The position numbers and the translations under genes were made by a program. From Promethearchaeota archaeon (GTDB taxonomy: Archaea > Asgardarchaeota > Lokiarchaeia > Sigyniarchaeales > SOKP01), in the NCBI GenBank assembly GCA_016926735.1, contig JAFGOA010000178.1, positions 1-26,829 of the forward strand: a DNA stretch of 26,829 nt, read 5' to 3'. Under the pieces are notes generated by a model, which did no database searches, was not told the DNA's origin, and saw only the letters and a program-made list of their open reading frames with translations. Below, one piece after another: positions 10,207 through 19,857 of the stretch (positions are counted from its first letter, which is position 1; each line of letters begins with the position of its first letter).

Positions 10207-11355
10207 ATGACATCATTAACTAAAATAAGAAATTTTATTAAAGAAAAATTTTCAATTTATGAACTTAGTGGAGCATTTGGAGATTGGGGTATATTAGTTC
10301 CATTTATTATCGGTTATATATCGATTGTTAAAATAAATCCAGCCGGAATTTTTTTATGCTTAGGATTAACAAATATCTATTTAGGAATAATATATGACCT
10401 TCCCTTACCGGTACAACCACAAAAATCTATAGGAACGGTTGCAATATCTCAAAAATGGACACCTGAAAAAGTTATATCAACAGGGTTTGGAACAGGTATT
10501 ATTTGGATTATTTTAGCAAAAATAAAGATTTTAAATAAAATAAGTGATAAAATGCCAAAAGTGGTAATTAGGGGTATACAACTAGGACTGGCATTAGTAT
10601 TAGGATAGTCAGCATCTTTATTGTTGCGTGAAGATATAATTTATGGTTCAATCTTAATAATTATTATATTATTATTTATCAAAAAAGAGAAAGCCCCTAC
10701 TGCAATAATTCTTTTATTTTTAGGTTTAATAATAATTTTTTTTACAAATGATTTTACTTTTGGTAAGGTCATTATGGAAGAATCCGCACAATTTAGATTC
10801 TATATTCCTAATTTATGGGATTTTTTAATTGGAATGCTAGCAGCGGGAATCGCACAAATATTTTTAACGCTTACTAATGTAATGGTTGCAACAATATCTT
10901 TAATTCAAGATTTATTTCCAGATAAAAGTGATAGAATAGATGCTAACGGATTAGCTTCAAATATGGGTGCAATCAATGCTATAAGTCCTTTTTTTGGAGG
11001 TATTCCATTATGTCATGGTTCAGGAGGTTTAGCATCTCAATATGCTTTTGGGGCAAGAACAGGGGGATCAATGATATTTGAAGGAATATTGGAAATTATC
11101 CTTGGTATTTTTTTTTCAGGTTTTCTTTTTAATATTTTTATATTATTTCCTAAGGGTATACTTGGAGCTATGCTCATTTATACGGCATTTTTATTAGGAA
11201 GAATAGCTTTTAAGGAATTTCAATATAGTAATCTTCCGATTATTATAATAATCGCTCTAATTTGTTTATTTATAAATATTACTCTCGGATTTTTAATTGG
11301 TTTGGTTTTATATTTTATATACAAGAAGTTTTTTATTCAGAGTAGATCATCATAA
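10207..11355 (+). pseudogene. MOT1-type putative molybdate/tungstate (sulfate-like) transporter split by a single in-frame TAG at 10606-10608
   Basis: ORFs 10207..10608 and 10621..11355 share a frame and join as ...GIQLGLALVLG*SASLLLRED.... MOT motifs ELSGAFGDWG, PLPVQPQK and GGIPLCHGSGGLASQYAFGARTGGS are split between the two halves. Confidence 0.75.
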
Positions 11356-11448
11356 AGATAATTCTTTGTAAGGATTTCAAAAATTCATAAAACATTTTAA
11401 ATTAGGAATGATATTCTAATAACTAATTATCTCTATAATAATAAAAAT

Positions 11449-13659
11449 TTGAGAAAAATGCTAATAAGCGAAATTATAGGTATAGAAGAAAAATATGTAT
11501 CTTTACTTAAAAAAGAAGGCATAACTCATCTAGAGGAACTTTTACCATTATCTACATACAAACTTAAACAAATAGCTGAAAAAACAGGAATTCCTGTTAA
11601 ACTTTTAGATACATGGCAAGAATATGCAGATCTGATGAGAATTGAAGGAATTACATCAGAATATGCCTTTGCTATAAATGAGATAGGGATTGATTCCGTA
11701 AAGGAATTAGCGAATAGAAATGTGAATTCAACTTTAGAAAAACTCTCACTATTTCAAAAAAAGAATCCTAAAATATTAAAAAAGACGCCATCTATAGAAG
11801 AAATTGAATTATGGATAAAACATGCTAATCAAATAAAAGATCTACCTCCTACAACAAAACCTAAAAAAGAGGAAAAAGAAAAGGAGGATTTTGGGAACTA
11901 TGGACCTGAATATTGGAATAATAAATGGATTAAATCTCCAATAATATATACGGGTAGAGCTTTACGGGGAGAAGAATACAATACACAAATTGATGTTGAT
12001 GTAAAGGCATTTATTAAGAATAATGATGAGATTCTGAATTATATTATTCAAGAAAGAGACTTAAAAAAGCCAACTCATAATGAAACAGCTTTAGCATGTC
12101 AGCAATTTGTTTGCAATTTTCTAAAATATAAATTTGATGAAGAATCTTCAGAATGTCCCGAATTTTGGCAATTTCCATTTGAATCTATCCAATTTGGTAT
12201 AGGGGATTGCATTGCTCATTATGAAGAAATTTATACTAAGGAAGGAATAAAACAAATTGGAAACTTAAAAATAGGAGATATCATATTATCTTATGATTTT
12301 AAAAATAAAGAATTTTGCTATAAACCGATCACTAAAATATGGGAAAAAGGTAAATTAGAAATATGCAGAATTCTCCTTCGGAATGGTCAAACTCTCGATG
12401 TTTCTGAAAATCATCCTTTTTGGATCCGACAAAATCAAAAAGAAAGTTTTTATGAAAAAAGCTATTTAAAAGATATAGATTTATCAAAATGGTGGAAGAG
12501 AAAGACACCTATAGCAAAAAAGATACCCTATGAAATAAAAGATATTGAATGGATATCAGAGGAATTAAGTTTTGTAATTGGTCACTTTCTTGCTGAGGGA
12601 TGGCATGAGAAAGATGGAAAGATTAGATCATCTGGATATGACGTACTTGATGAAATAATTCCTATTTTAGAAAAAAATGAGATCCCTTATAGTGAATATA
12701 CAAATACCTCAGGTGTGCCATGTATTACATTTTTAAAATCTGAATTCAAATCATTTTTAAGATTATTTAAAGAAAATAGCTATAATATCCATATACCCGA
12801 AGAAATATTTCACTTACCAGAGAGAAAATTGGAAGCATTAATTAATGGTTTTTATCTTGGAGATGGCCATAATGGAAATTATCCTGATAAAAGAGGATAT
12901 ATTTCAAATAAACAAGAGGTTCTTTCCACATCATCAAGAAGATTAGCAAATGATATTCAGAGAATTGGATTACAATTAGGAAGAACTTTTCATATTTGGA
13001 AACAAGTAAAACATGGTGGTTTTGGAAAAAAACCAATATATAGAATAACATATAATCCTAAAAGCCATTTTCTTAAAGATTTTGGGTATAAAAATATAAG
13101 TGAAGTTTCAATAAGAGAATATGAAAAGATTGGATCAACTAGAATGTTAGATTTTGAAGTTAAAGATACAAATTCTTATGTTTTTAAAAATGGAATAATA
13201 GGACATAATTGCGAAGATGGGGCTATACTTATTGCAGCACTAATGATAAATGCAGGAGTTCCCTCTTTTAGAGTTAAGGTATGCGCTGGGAGTGTTCTAG
13301 CAGATCCTAAAGTAGCTCCTTCTGAAGATAATATAGGCGGTCATGGTTATGCTATTTACTTAGCAGATAGAAAGGATTCTGACCGTGGGCTAGAATGGGT
13401 TATTTTAGATTGGTGTTATATACCAGATCCCGAAATACAAATCGATAAGAAACCTCTAGCAAAGAATGGGGGAACAGATGGTGCTTATCAAGATGTTTGG
13501 TTTACATTTAATGACGAATTTAGTTGGAGCCAAAATGATTTTGAAATTACTCAAGGAAGAATAAGTAATAAGCAAAAAGCAAAGAAAAAGGAAGTAGGTA
13601 GTGAAATTAAAAATATGGTTGAAAGAGTTTTAAAGGATCTTGGTTTAGATATAGAATAA
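11449..13659 (+). CDS. DUF4332-like (HhH) N-terminal domain fused to a transglutaminase-like cysteine protease domain, intein-containing
   Basis: N-terminus has ADLMRIEGI..EYA..INEIGIDSVKELA (DUF4332-like). After intein removal the junction reads GIGD/CEDGAILIAALM (GDCED nucleophile motif), followed by GGHGY and LDWCY as His/Asp triad candidates. Start is TTG 11449 or ATG 11458. Confidence 0.8.
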   Translation: MRKMLISEIIGIEEKYVSLLKKEGITHLEELLPLSTYKLKQIAEKTGIPVKLLDTWQEYADLMRIEGITSEYAFAINEIGIDSVKELANRNVNSTLEKLSLFQKKNPKILKKTPSIEEIELWIKHANQIKDLPPTTKPKKEEKEKEDFGNYGPEYWNNKWIKSPIIYTGRALRGEEYNTQIDVDVKAFIKNNDEILNYIIQERDLKKPTHNETALACQQFVCNFLKYKFDEESSECPEFWQFPFESIQFGIGDCIAHYEEIYTKEGIKQIGNLKIGDIILSYDFKNKEFCYKPITKIWEKGKLEICRILLRNGQTLDVSENHPFWIRQNQKESFYEKSYLKDIDLSKWWKRKTPIAKKIPYEIKDIEWISEELSFVIGHFLAEGWHEKDGKIRSSGYDVLDEIIPILEKNEIPYSEYTNTSGVPCITFLKSEFKSFLRLFKENSYNIHIPEEIFHLPERKLEALINGFYLGDGHNGNYPDKRGYISNKQEVLSTSSRRLANDIQRIGLQLGRTFHIWKQVKHGGFGKKPIYRITYNPKSHFLKDFGYKNISEVSIREYEKIGSTRMLDFEVKDTNSYVFKNGIIGHNCEDGAILIAALMINAGVPSFRVKVCAGSVLADPKVAPSEDNIGGHGYAIYLADRKDSDRGLEWVILDWCYIPDPEIQIDKKPLAKNGGTDGAYQDVWFTFNDEFSWSQNDFEITQGRISNKQKAKKKEVGSEIKNMVERVLKDLGLDIE
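12208..13209 (+). mobile_element. Intein (334 aa) with LAGLIDADG homing endonuclease
   Basis: Block A CIAHYEEIYT, block B VSENHPFW, LAGLIDADG-like VIGHFLAEGW and LINGFYLGDGH, block F MLDFEV.DTNSYV, block G IIGHN followed by +1 Cys (TGC 13210-13212). Confidence 0.93.
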
Positions 13660-13664
13660 AACAA

Positions 13665-15677
13665 TTAAAATTCTTTTCCACATTTTTTACATTTATTTAT
13701 TTTTCTATATATAATAATTGGAGTATAAGAGATGATTCTATTTCTATCAATTATTTCCATAAGAGAAGACCCTACAGCACCACATTTTGGACATAATTTT
13801 CTTGATGAATTCTCAGAATTTTCAACATATTCTTGAGATGATTCTGTATTTGATCTTATTTTTCGATTTGAAAGGTTTTTATTTATTACAGGAACCATTA
13901 CTGATTTAGGTTGTTTTAATTTTTTGATTTTATTTTCTTTAGATTTTAATTCATTTGCCAAAATGTTTATTTCAGAATATAATGGAGCTATTTCACGCTG
14001 TAATTGAAGATTGCTGTTCTCTGTGGATTGAACTTTCTGAATTAAATTATATGTCTCTTGATTCAATTGTTCTTTTCTTTTTTCATAACTAAACAATTGA
14101 GATTGCATATTAGAGACATATCCTATTAATTCTCGTATCTCTTTGTCCTTATTTAGAATTTCAAGATTTAAATATTCAGCCTGATTTCTAAGATTACGAA
14201 TTTCCTCATTATCAAAATTACAGGATTGATAGACAATGTTATTCTTTATGGATTGTTCCATAGGTAACTCATTTATTTGAAAATTATTATGATTATCTTC
14301 AGGATATTGATAATAATTAGTATGAATCTGAGAAGACACATTACTTAATTGATTTAATGAAAGATATTCAATAGAAGGTTTATTATTCTCAACTTTAGAT
14401 ATATTTGAATTAGTTATTCGAGGATTTTTATCTATTTTGAATTTTCTCCTATTTGTGAGAATTTGTCGATTTTGAGAACTACCTAATCTATATATTATAA
14501 TAATTAAGAGGAATATACTTATGGGTATCAATGCAAAAAAATATGGAATACTTTCTGGATATATTGAATACGTATTTAATATCTTAATATTTACATAATA
14601 TTCAGAATTGAAATTTGCTAATGAATTGGGTGTATATTTATATGGTTGTGGAAATTCACTATAAAAATTAGAACTTAATGGAACACTAAAATTCTCTCCA
14701 ATATTAAATGTAAATCTTTGAAAATCTATTCGATTAAAATAATTATCAGATAATTGATGCCAAGTTGGATCAGACGCTATCCATCCAACATTATCAACAT
14801 AATATTCAACCCATGCATGTCCTATGAAAGGAAGACTATCTATCCCTATATTTGTTGAAAAATTCCAAATTTGCCCTATATGAGGATTTTGAATAGGTTG
14901 GTTAGAGAGTAAAAATCCTGAAACCTTACGTGCAGGAATATTCTGAATTCTAAGTAATGTTATCATTATATCTGAGAATTCTGAGCAATCTCCTCGATGA
15001 TTATCATAAGCCCAAGAAGCACCCATTTCATAATTTAGAGAATCATCATAGATAAGATAATCTCCTATCCAATTACAAATTTTTTCTGCTTTTTCTATTG
15101 GATTATCTCTATAATTAATACCAGTAAGATTATTTGAGGCAAAAATAAGATCTGGATCATTTCGATCAAAAAATGGTTCAGTTTGATTACAATATAATTT
15201 GAATATCATACTGCTCATATTATAGTTTCCAATTTCATAATCTTCTATATCTTCGAATAAAACTTCACTAAGAATGATATTATATTTTTGGCTTAGAGAT
15301 ACACTCTGATCAGGTTCTAAAGTTGTATTAAAGATATCATAAATATTATTATATTGATCTTTTTGGAGAAAAGATTCTGAATTAGAATTGATAATATTAT
15401 TATATTGTAGAATGCTTTGCTGATAGGGAGCGATACTATAATCTAATATAGGATCATAAATTCTATCATTTAAGCGAGCTATTTTGAAATAATAGTCATT
15501 GGATTCGTACAAATTTGTTAAAGTAAAATTTACATCTACTTGATATTCAATCTTTTGAGGAACACTATAGATATTTTGAGATTGCCCTTTAGATATTACT
15601 GAAAAAGGTAGAAAAATTGAAATAATTATTGTTAACAATAAACCTATATAAATTAATCTATAAGTTTTAAAGTTCAT
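13665..15677 (-). CDS. Membrane-anchored transglutaminase-like protein with C-terminal coiled coil and Zn ribbon
   Basis: N-terminal signal/TM, then GDCSEFS, GHAWVEYY and WIASDPT (Cys-His-Asp). TM segment IPYFFALIPISIFLLIIIIY, heptad-rich region, terminal CPKC...CKKC. Confidence 0.85.
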   Translation of the reverse strand: MNFKTYRLIYIGLLLTIIISIFLPFSVISKGQSQNIYSVPQKIEYQVDVNFTLTNLYESNDYYFKIARLNDRIYDPILDYSIAPYQQSILQYNNIINSNSESFLQKDQYNNIYDIFNTTLEPDQSVSLSQKYNIILSEVLFEDIEDYEIGNYNMSSMIFKLYCNQTEPFFDRNDPDLIFASNNLTGINYRDNPIEKAEKICNWIGDYLIYDDSLNYEMGASWAYDNHRGDCSEFSDIMITLLRIQNIPARKVSGFLLSNQPIQNPHIGQIWNFSTNIGIDSLPFIGHAWVEYYVDNVGWIASDPTWHQLSDNYFNRIDFQRFTFNIGENFSVPLSSNFYSEFPQPYKYTPNSLANFNSEYYVNIKILNTYSIYPESIPYFFALIPISIFLLIIIIYRLGSSQNRQILTNRRKFKIDKNPRITNSNISKVENNKPSIEYLSLNQLSNVSSQIHTNYYQYPEDNHNNFQINELPMEQSIKNNIVYQSCNFDNEEIRNLRNQAEYLNLEILNKDKEIRELIGYVSNMQSQLFSYEKRKEQLNQETYNLIQKVQSTENSNLQLQREIAPLYSEINILANELKSKENKIKKLKQPKSVMVPVINKNLSNRKIRSNTESSQEYVENSENSSRKLCPKCGAVGSSLMEIIDRNRIISYTPIIIYRKINKCKKCGKEF

Positions 15678-15836
15678 TTGTTGCTATTTTTTGGATAAAG
15701 GAGAAAAAATCCAAAATTGATTATTTTTAATTACCTTAATCTATATTTTTGTCTACATTATATAAATTATTAACTGTTATTATATAATCTAAAAAAAAAT
15801 TCTTAAATAAAAAAAAGAAAAAGTAATAAGTAAAAA

Positions 15837-17111
15837 TTAATAAGTATATCTTATTCTATTCTTAGATTTTTTAACAGCAAGGAATACTAATGCAGTAACA
15901 ACAACAACTACACCGATAATAACAGCAATAATAATTATCATCATAAAATTATCTGGATTTAGGTTTGTCTCTAAAACAGTTACGTCCATAGTATACATAA
16001 CAGAGCTAGGATCTGCCCCACTAGTTGCAGTAATATATGGAAATGGGAATTCACCATAAACATCAGGAAACGGCGGAATTGTCCAATTAGCTCCAACATT
16101 ATCAGTAAATCGTAGATAATCTATTCTATTAAAATAATTCTGATTCGATCCAGCCCACGTAGGATCAGCAGGTATCCATCCGATATTTTCTACATAGTAT
16201 TCAACCCATGCATGACCTAATAAATTACCATCTCCTGTTTTTGCGTTAAAGAAAAAATTGAATTTTTGTCCTACACTTGGTTTAAGATTAGGATTATTAG
16301 AGATCACATATCCAGTAACTTTACGAGCAGGAATGTGTTGAATTCTCAACAATGTAATCATAAGGCTAGAATATTCAGAACAGTCCCCTCTATGATTATC
16401 ATATGCCCAAGACGCCCCCATTTCCTTTACGAGGGAATCATCATAAGTTAGATAATTACTTACCCAATTATATATTCTTTCTGCTTTCTTAATAGGATTA
16501 TCTGTAGGATTAATTCCAGTTAAATTATTAGAAGCATAAATAAGATCTGTATCTCTTATATTATAGAATTCTTCAGTAGTATTACAATACAAACTAAATA
16601 TATTATCATTCCAATCATATTCTCCTATATCTGAATCTGTTATATTTGAAAATATAACTTCATTTAGCGTAATGTTGTAATGTTGACTTAATTTAAGATT
16701 ACCATTCAAATTTGTTTTATTATAATGATCATATGTATTATTAAATCTGTCTGTCCAGAGAAAGTAATTATATGGTATGGGAGAAATGTTATGATATAAT
16801 AGAGTACTTTCTTGATAAGGAGGAGTATCACCCCACATAGGAGATGTTGGAACTATATTATCAAATCTTGGTAATATAACATTATAATCCTTAGTACCAG
16901 CAGTATCTGATATAGTAAAATTTACTTCAACACTACATTTTACACTTTGAGGAGTACTATAGTGAGATGGTGGCGTTGTAGCATATGCAGGTATTGTTAT
17001 ATTTATACCAATAGATGATATTAGAATAATAATAAATATTGAAAATGTAAATAATTGTTTTTTTTCTTTCATAATGATTAGATTTTTTTTTATTTTAATA
17101 TAAAAATTCAT
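15837..17111 (-). CDS. Exported transglutaminase-like protein with C-terminal membrane anchor
   Basis: Signal-like N-terminus (probable start MKEKKQ), GDCSEYS, GHAWVEYY, WIPADPT, and a C-terminal hydrophobic helix followed by KKSKNRIR. Paralog of 13665..15677. Confidence 0.87.
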   Translation of the reverse strand: MNFYIKIKKNLIIMKEKKQLFTFSIFIIILISSIGINITIPAYATTPPSHYSTPQSVKCSVEVNFTISDTAGTKDYNVILPRFDNIVPTSPMWGDTPPYQESTLLYHNISPIPYNYFLWTDRFNNTYDHYNKTNLNGNLKLSQHYNITLNEVIFSNITDSDIGEYDWNDNIFSLYCNTTEEFYNIRDTDLIYASNNLTGINPTDNPIKKAERIYNWVSNYLTYDDSLVKEMGASWAYDNHRGDCSEYSSLMITLLRIQHIPARKVTGYVISNNPNLKPSVGQKFNFFFNAKTGDGNLLGHAWVEYYVENIGWIPADPTWAGSNQNYFNRIDYLRFTDNVGANWTIPPFPDVYGEFPFPYITATSGADPSSVMYTMDVTVLETNLNPDNFMMIIIIAVIIGVVVVVTALVFLAVKKSKNRIRYTY

Positions 17112-17177
17112 ATTTTTATCTTTTAGTGTAATTCTTTAAAAGTGATTTATCCATTAATTTCAATTATAATATCTAAT

Positions 17178-17474
17178 TCAATTTAAAAAGATATTATTTG
17201 AAAAATGTGAATTTTTCTTATTTGAACCATATATATCAGAAATTCCTTTTAATATAATCTTTTTTCTCCTAAATATGATCTTATTATTGATTAAAGATTT
17301 TATTATCCAAATATAATATGAATTAGTATTTGGAACATATATACTGCGCTTCCATCCCTCATAACATTGTTTTGAACAAAATATTCTTTGTTTTTTTTGT
17401 AGTGTTTTGTTAATAAGAATAAATTTCTTTTTTTTTGTTCTTTTTATTAATTTCTTACAATAAGAGCAGTGCAT
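17178..17474 (-). CDS. Small basic hypothetical protein with TRASH/FCS-type Zn finger
   Basis: MHCSYC...RIFCSKQC pattern; Lys-rich; 98 aa. Confidence 0.5.
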   Translation of the reverse strand: MHCSYCKKLIKRTKKKKFILINKTLQKKQRIFCSKQCYEGWKRSIYVPNTNSYYIWIIKSLINNKIIFRRKKIILKGISDIYGSNKKNSHFSNNIFLN

Positions 17475-17712
17475 TTTTTCTCATATTCATAAATAAATAA
17501 GATATATTTAAAAGAAAAAATCAAGATCATATAGAAAAAATATATCAACTGAAAGAATTTAAACAGAATTAATTAAAAAATAGGGAAAAAAAAATAAAAT
17601 GAGATCAATAAAGAATCAATATTCATGTCAAGGTCATTAACATTGTATAATATCTTTATAAATCTTTAATATTTGTTAGTTATTCATAAAGTTTGTTAAA
17701 ATATTGACCAGA

Positions 17713-17967
17713 CTAAAAGCTTGATCCTTTCTTTTTAAAACTTTTTCGAGGTCCTTTTTCTAAAACACTAACCTCATTTGCTTGTGGTCCCTTTTTTCCA
17801 TCTACGATTTCATATTCAACAACATCTCCTTCGTAGATGGTTTTAAATTCATTATCTTCACCAGAAATAGCTGAATAATGAACAAAAACATCATCAGAAC
17901 CATCTTCAGGGGTTATAAAACCAAACCCTTTCCGACTATTGAACCATTTAACTGTTCCTTTTGCCAT
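17713..17967 (-). CDS. cspA: Cold-shock domain protein (CspA family)
   Basis: [11 protein letters not shown]1 KGFGFI, RNP2 VFVHYS, GKKGPQA; short basic tail. Confidence 0.95.
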   Translation of the reverse strand: MAKGTVKWFNSRKGFGFITPEDGSDDVFVHYSAISGEDNEFKTIYEGDVVEYEIVDGKKGPQANEVSVLEKGPRKSFKKKGSSF

Positions 17968-18761
17968 TTTTAAAACCTAAATTTATTCCAAGATACCTTT
18001 ACAAAAGGTTTTGTATATATAAGTAAAGCGTTCTTTTATAATAAATTTATGTAATTTATAACTATGTTGAAATTTTAAAAAAAAGTCTCTTTAGATATAA
18101 TTCAAAATTAAAAAGCTAATTCTATTTAAAGTACTAATATTTTTGTAATTCTAATTATATTTGTATTAATGAGTTACTTAATTTTAATGAGAAAGAACTT
18201 TAAGAGAAATTGATTAAGTTATTAATTTTTTTTTTATTTTTTAACTAAAATATAGTAAGAACTTAAATAAAATAAAGATAAAATATCGGAAGTTTCGATC
18301 CACATCATAATTCTATTATATCTTTAAATATTACGTCTAGTTGAATTAGACCATAAAATTGAATAAAATTAGACTTATTTTATTTCAAAAAATATTATCA
18401 GCTATAGTTACTGAATTATTTATAGTATAAGTCAAAATGCCTCTATTCCATCTAATGAAATGATTTTTGAGAATACTTTACTAAATATATCAATCTATTT
18501 ATCCACCGAATTGTTATAATCTATTATAATAGCATTCAGCTGAAGTAGGCGTGATCATTCATCTCATCTTATATATCTCATTGAAGATTAGGAGCAAATT
18601 ATGTATATAAAATATATGTTTTATCTTATAAAAGATTATAATATGAAAAATTACTGATTTAGTAAAAATAAGGTATATTATTCACTGATATTATTGAATG
18701 ATCTAATTTTTATACAATATAGTCTTTTTTCTATACTATATAATTAATCTTAAAATTAATT

Positions 18762-19184
18762 GTGAAAAAAATGAATGATGAAAATTGTATTTTCTGTAAA
18801 ATTATAAAAAAAGAAATTCCATCAAAAATTATTTTTGAGGATGATAAAACATTAGCCTTTTTAGATATTAATCCTATATCGGAGGGACATGCAATAGTAA
18901 TTCCTAAAGATCATTATGAAACATTAGAATTTTTACCTGATAATGAATTAAAATGCTTATATCAAACAGTAAAAAAGGTAGCAAAATTAATATATGAAAA
19001 ATTAAATCCAGATGGATATAATATTATACAAAATAATTATAAAGCAGCTGGACAAGTAATTGACCATTTTCATGTTCATATTATCCCTCGGGAAAGCGGA
19101 GATAAAAAAATAACTTTAGCCTTACCACGAAGCAGTGCATCCAATGAAATATTAACAAGTGTAATGGAAAAGATTAAATCCTAA
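18762..19184 (+). CDS. HIT family nucleotide hydrolase (Hint-like)
   Basis: CIFCKII, AFLDINP...GHAIVIPK, GQVIDHFHVHIIPR (histidine triad). Start is GTG 18762 or ATG 18771. Confidence 0.93.
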   Translation: MKKMNDENCIFCKIIKKEIPSKIIFEDDKTLAFLDINPISEGHAIVIPKDHYETLEFLPDNELKCLYQTVKKVAKLIYEKLNPDGYNIIQNNYKAAGQVIDHFHVHIIPRESGDKKITLALPRSSASNEILTSVMEKIKS

Positions 19185-19346
19185 TTTTTAAAGTCAAGAT
19201 TGTAAATTTTTTTTATTAATTAAGCAGATGGTAAAAAATAATTATTAATAGAAAAGTTTATAAAAATCATTAACTACATTTTATACATAAATCCAAATTT
19301 AAAGTTTTAATTCTCATAATATCAATAATGAAAGAGGAATTTAAAT

Positions 19347-19817
19347 ATGGAAGAAGAAAAAATTAATGAACAACAAAAAATAGCAGAATTTAAAGAAAAA
19401 ATTTCAAAGTTAGAAAAAATATCTGAAAAACCTAAATCAACCACAATATATATAACAAAAAATCCTGAGATAAAAGAAGTATTTAAGTATCACAATATTA
19501 AAAAATCTGTTTATATTTTATTTTTTGTCTCTGCTTGTTTCTTTATTCCATTTGCAATTATTGGACTATTGGTCTATGTGTATCCAGAAGGAACAGTGAA
19601 AATCTCTGGAGTTCCAGTAAATAGTTCAATTATATTTAATTTTGTAATAGGATTGGGTATTTTTTTCTTAATATGTTCAATACTTCTGATATTTGTATTA
19701 ATTAAAAAATCAGATATAGAAAAGGAAAATGAAGAACGTAGAAGAGAAGAAAGACAGAAAAAATCCACTGAATATGCTGAAGGAATGAATGAATTTTATA
19801 GTCAGTTTAAAGAATAA
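19347..19817 (+). CDS. Hypothetical two-TM membrane protein
   Basis: Two hydrophobic helices flanked by charged termini; SD-like GAGG before the ATG. Confidence 0.7.
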   Translation: MEEEKINEQQKIAEFKEKISKLEKISEKPKSTTIYITKNPEIKEVFKYHNIKKSVYILFFVSACFFIPFAIIGLLVYVYPEGTVKISGVPVNSSIIFNFVIGLGIFFLICSILLIFVLIKKSDIEKENEERRREERQKKSTEYAEGMNEFYSQFKE

Positions 19818-19857
19818 AATTAATTTAATATTTTTTTTTAAAAAAAAAGAATTGTAA

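Noticed and set aside
4875-10608. Genome-wide TAG reassignment (Trp or Pyl) suggested by two internal TAGs
   Set aside because: TAG ends several apparently complete genes here (6236, 9120, cspA at 17713, 25462, 26489), and the PNPOx-like TAG is preceded by a TAA that recoding would not rescue.
17178-17474. Ribosomal protein L24e
   Set aside because: It shares only the CxxC...FCSxxC TRASH pattern, lacks the PGxG motif, and has no ribosomal gene context.
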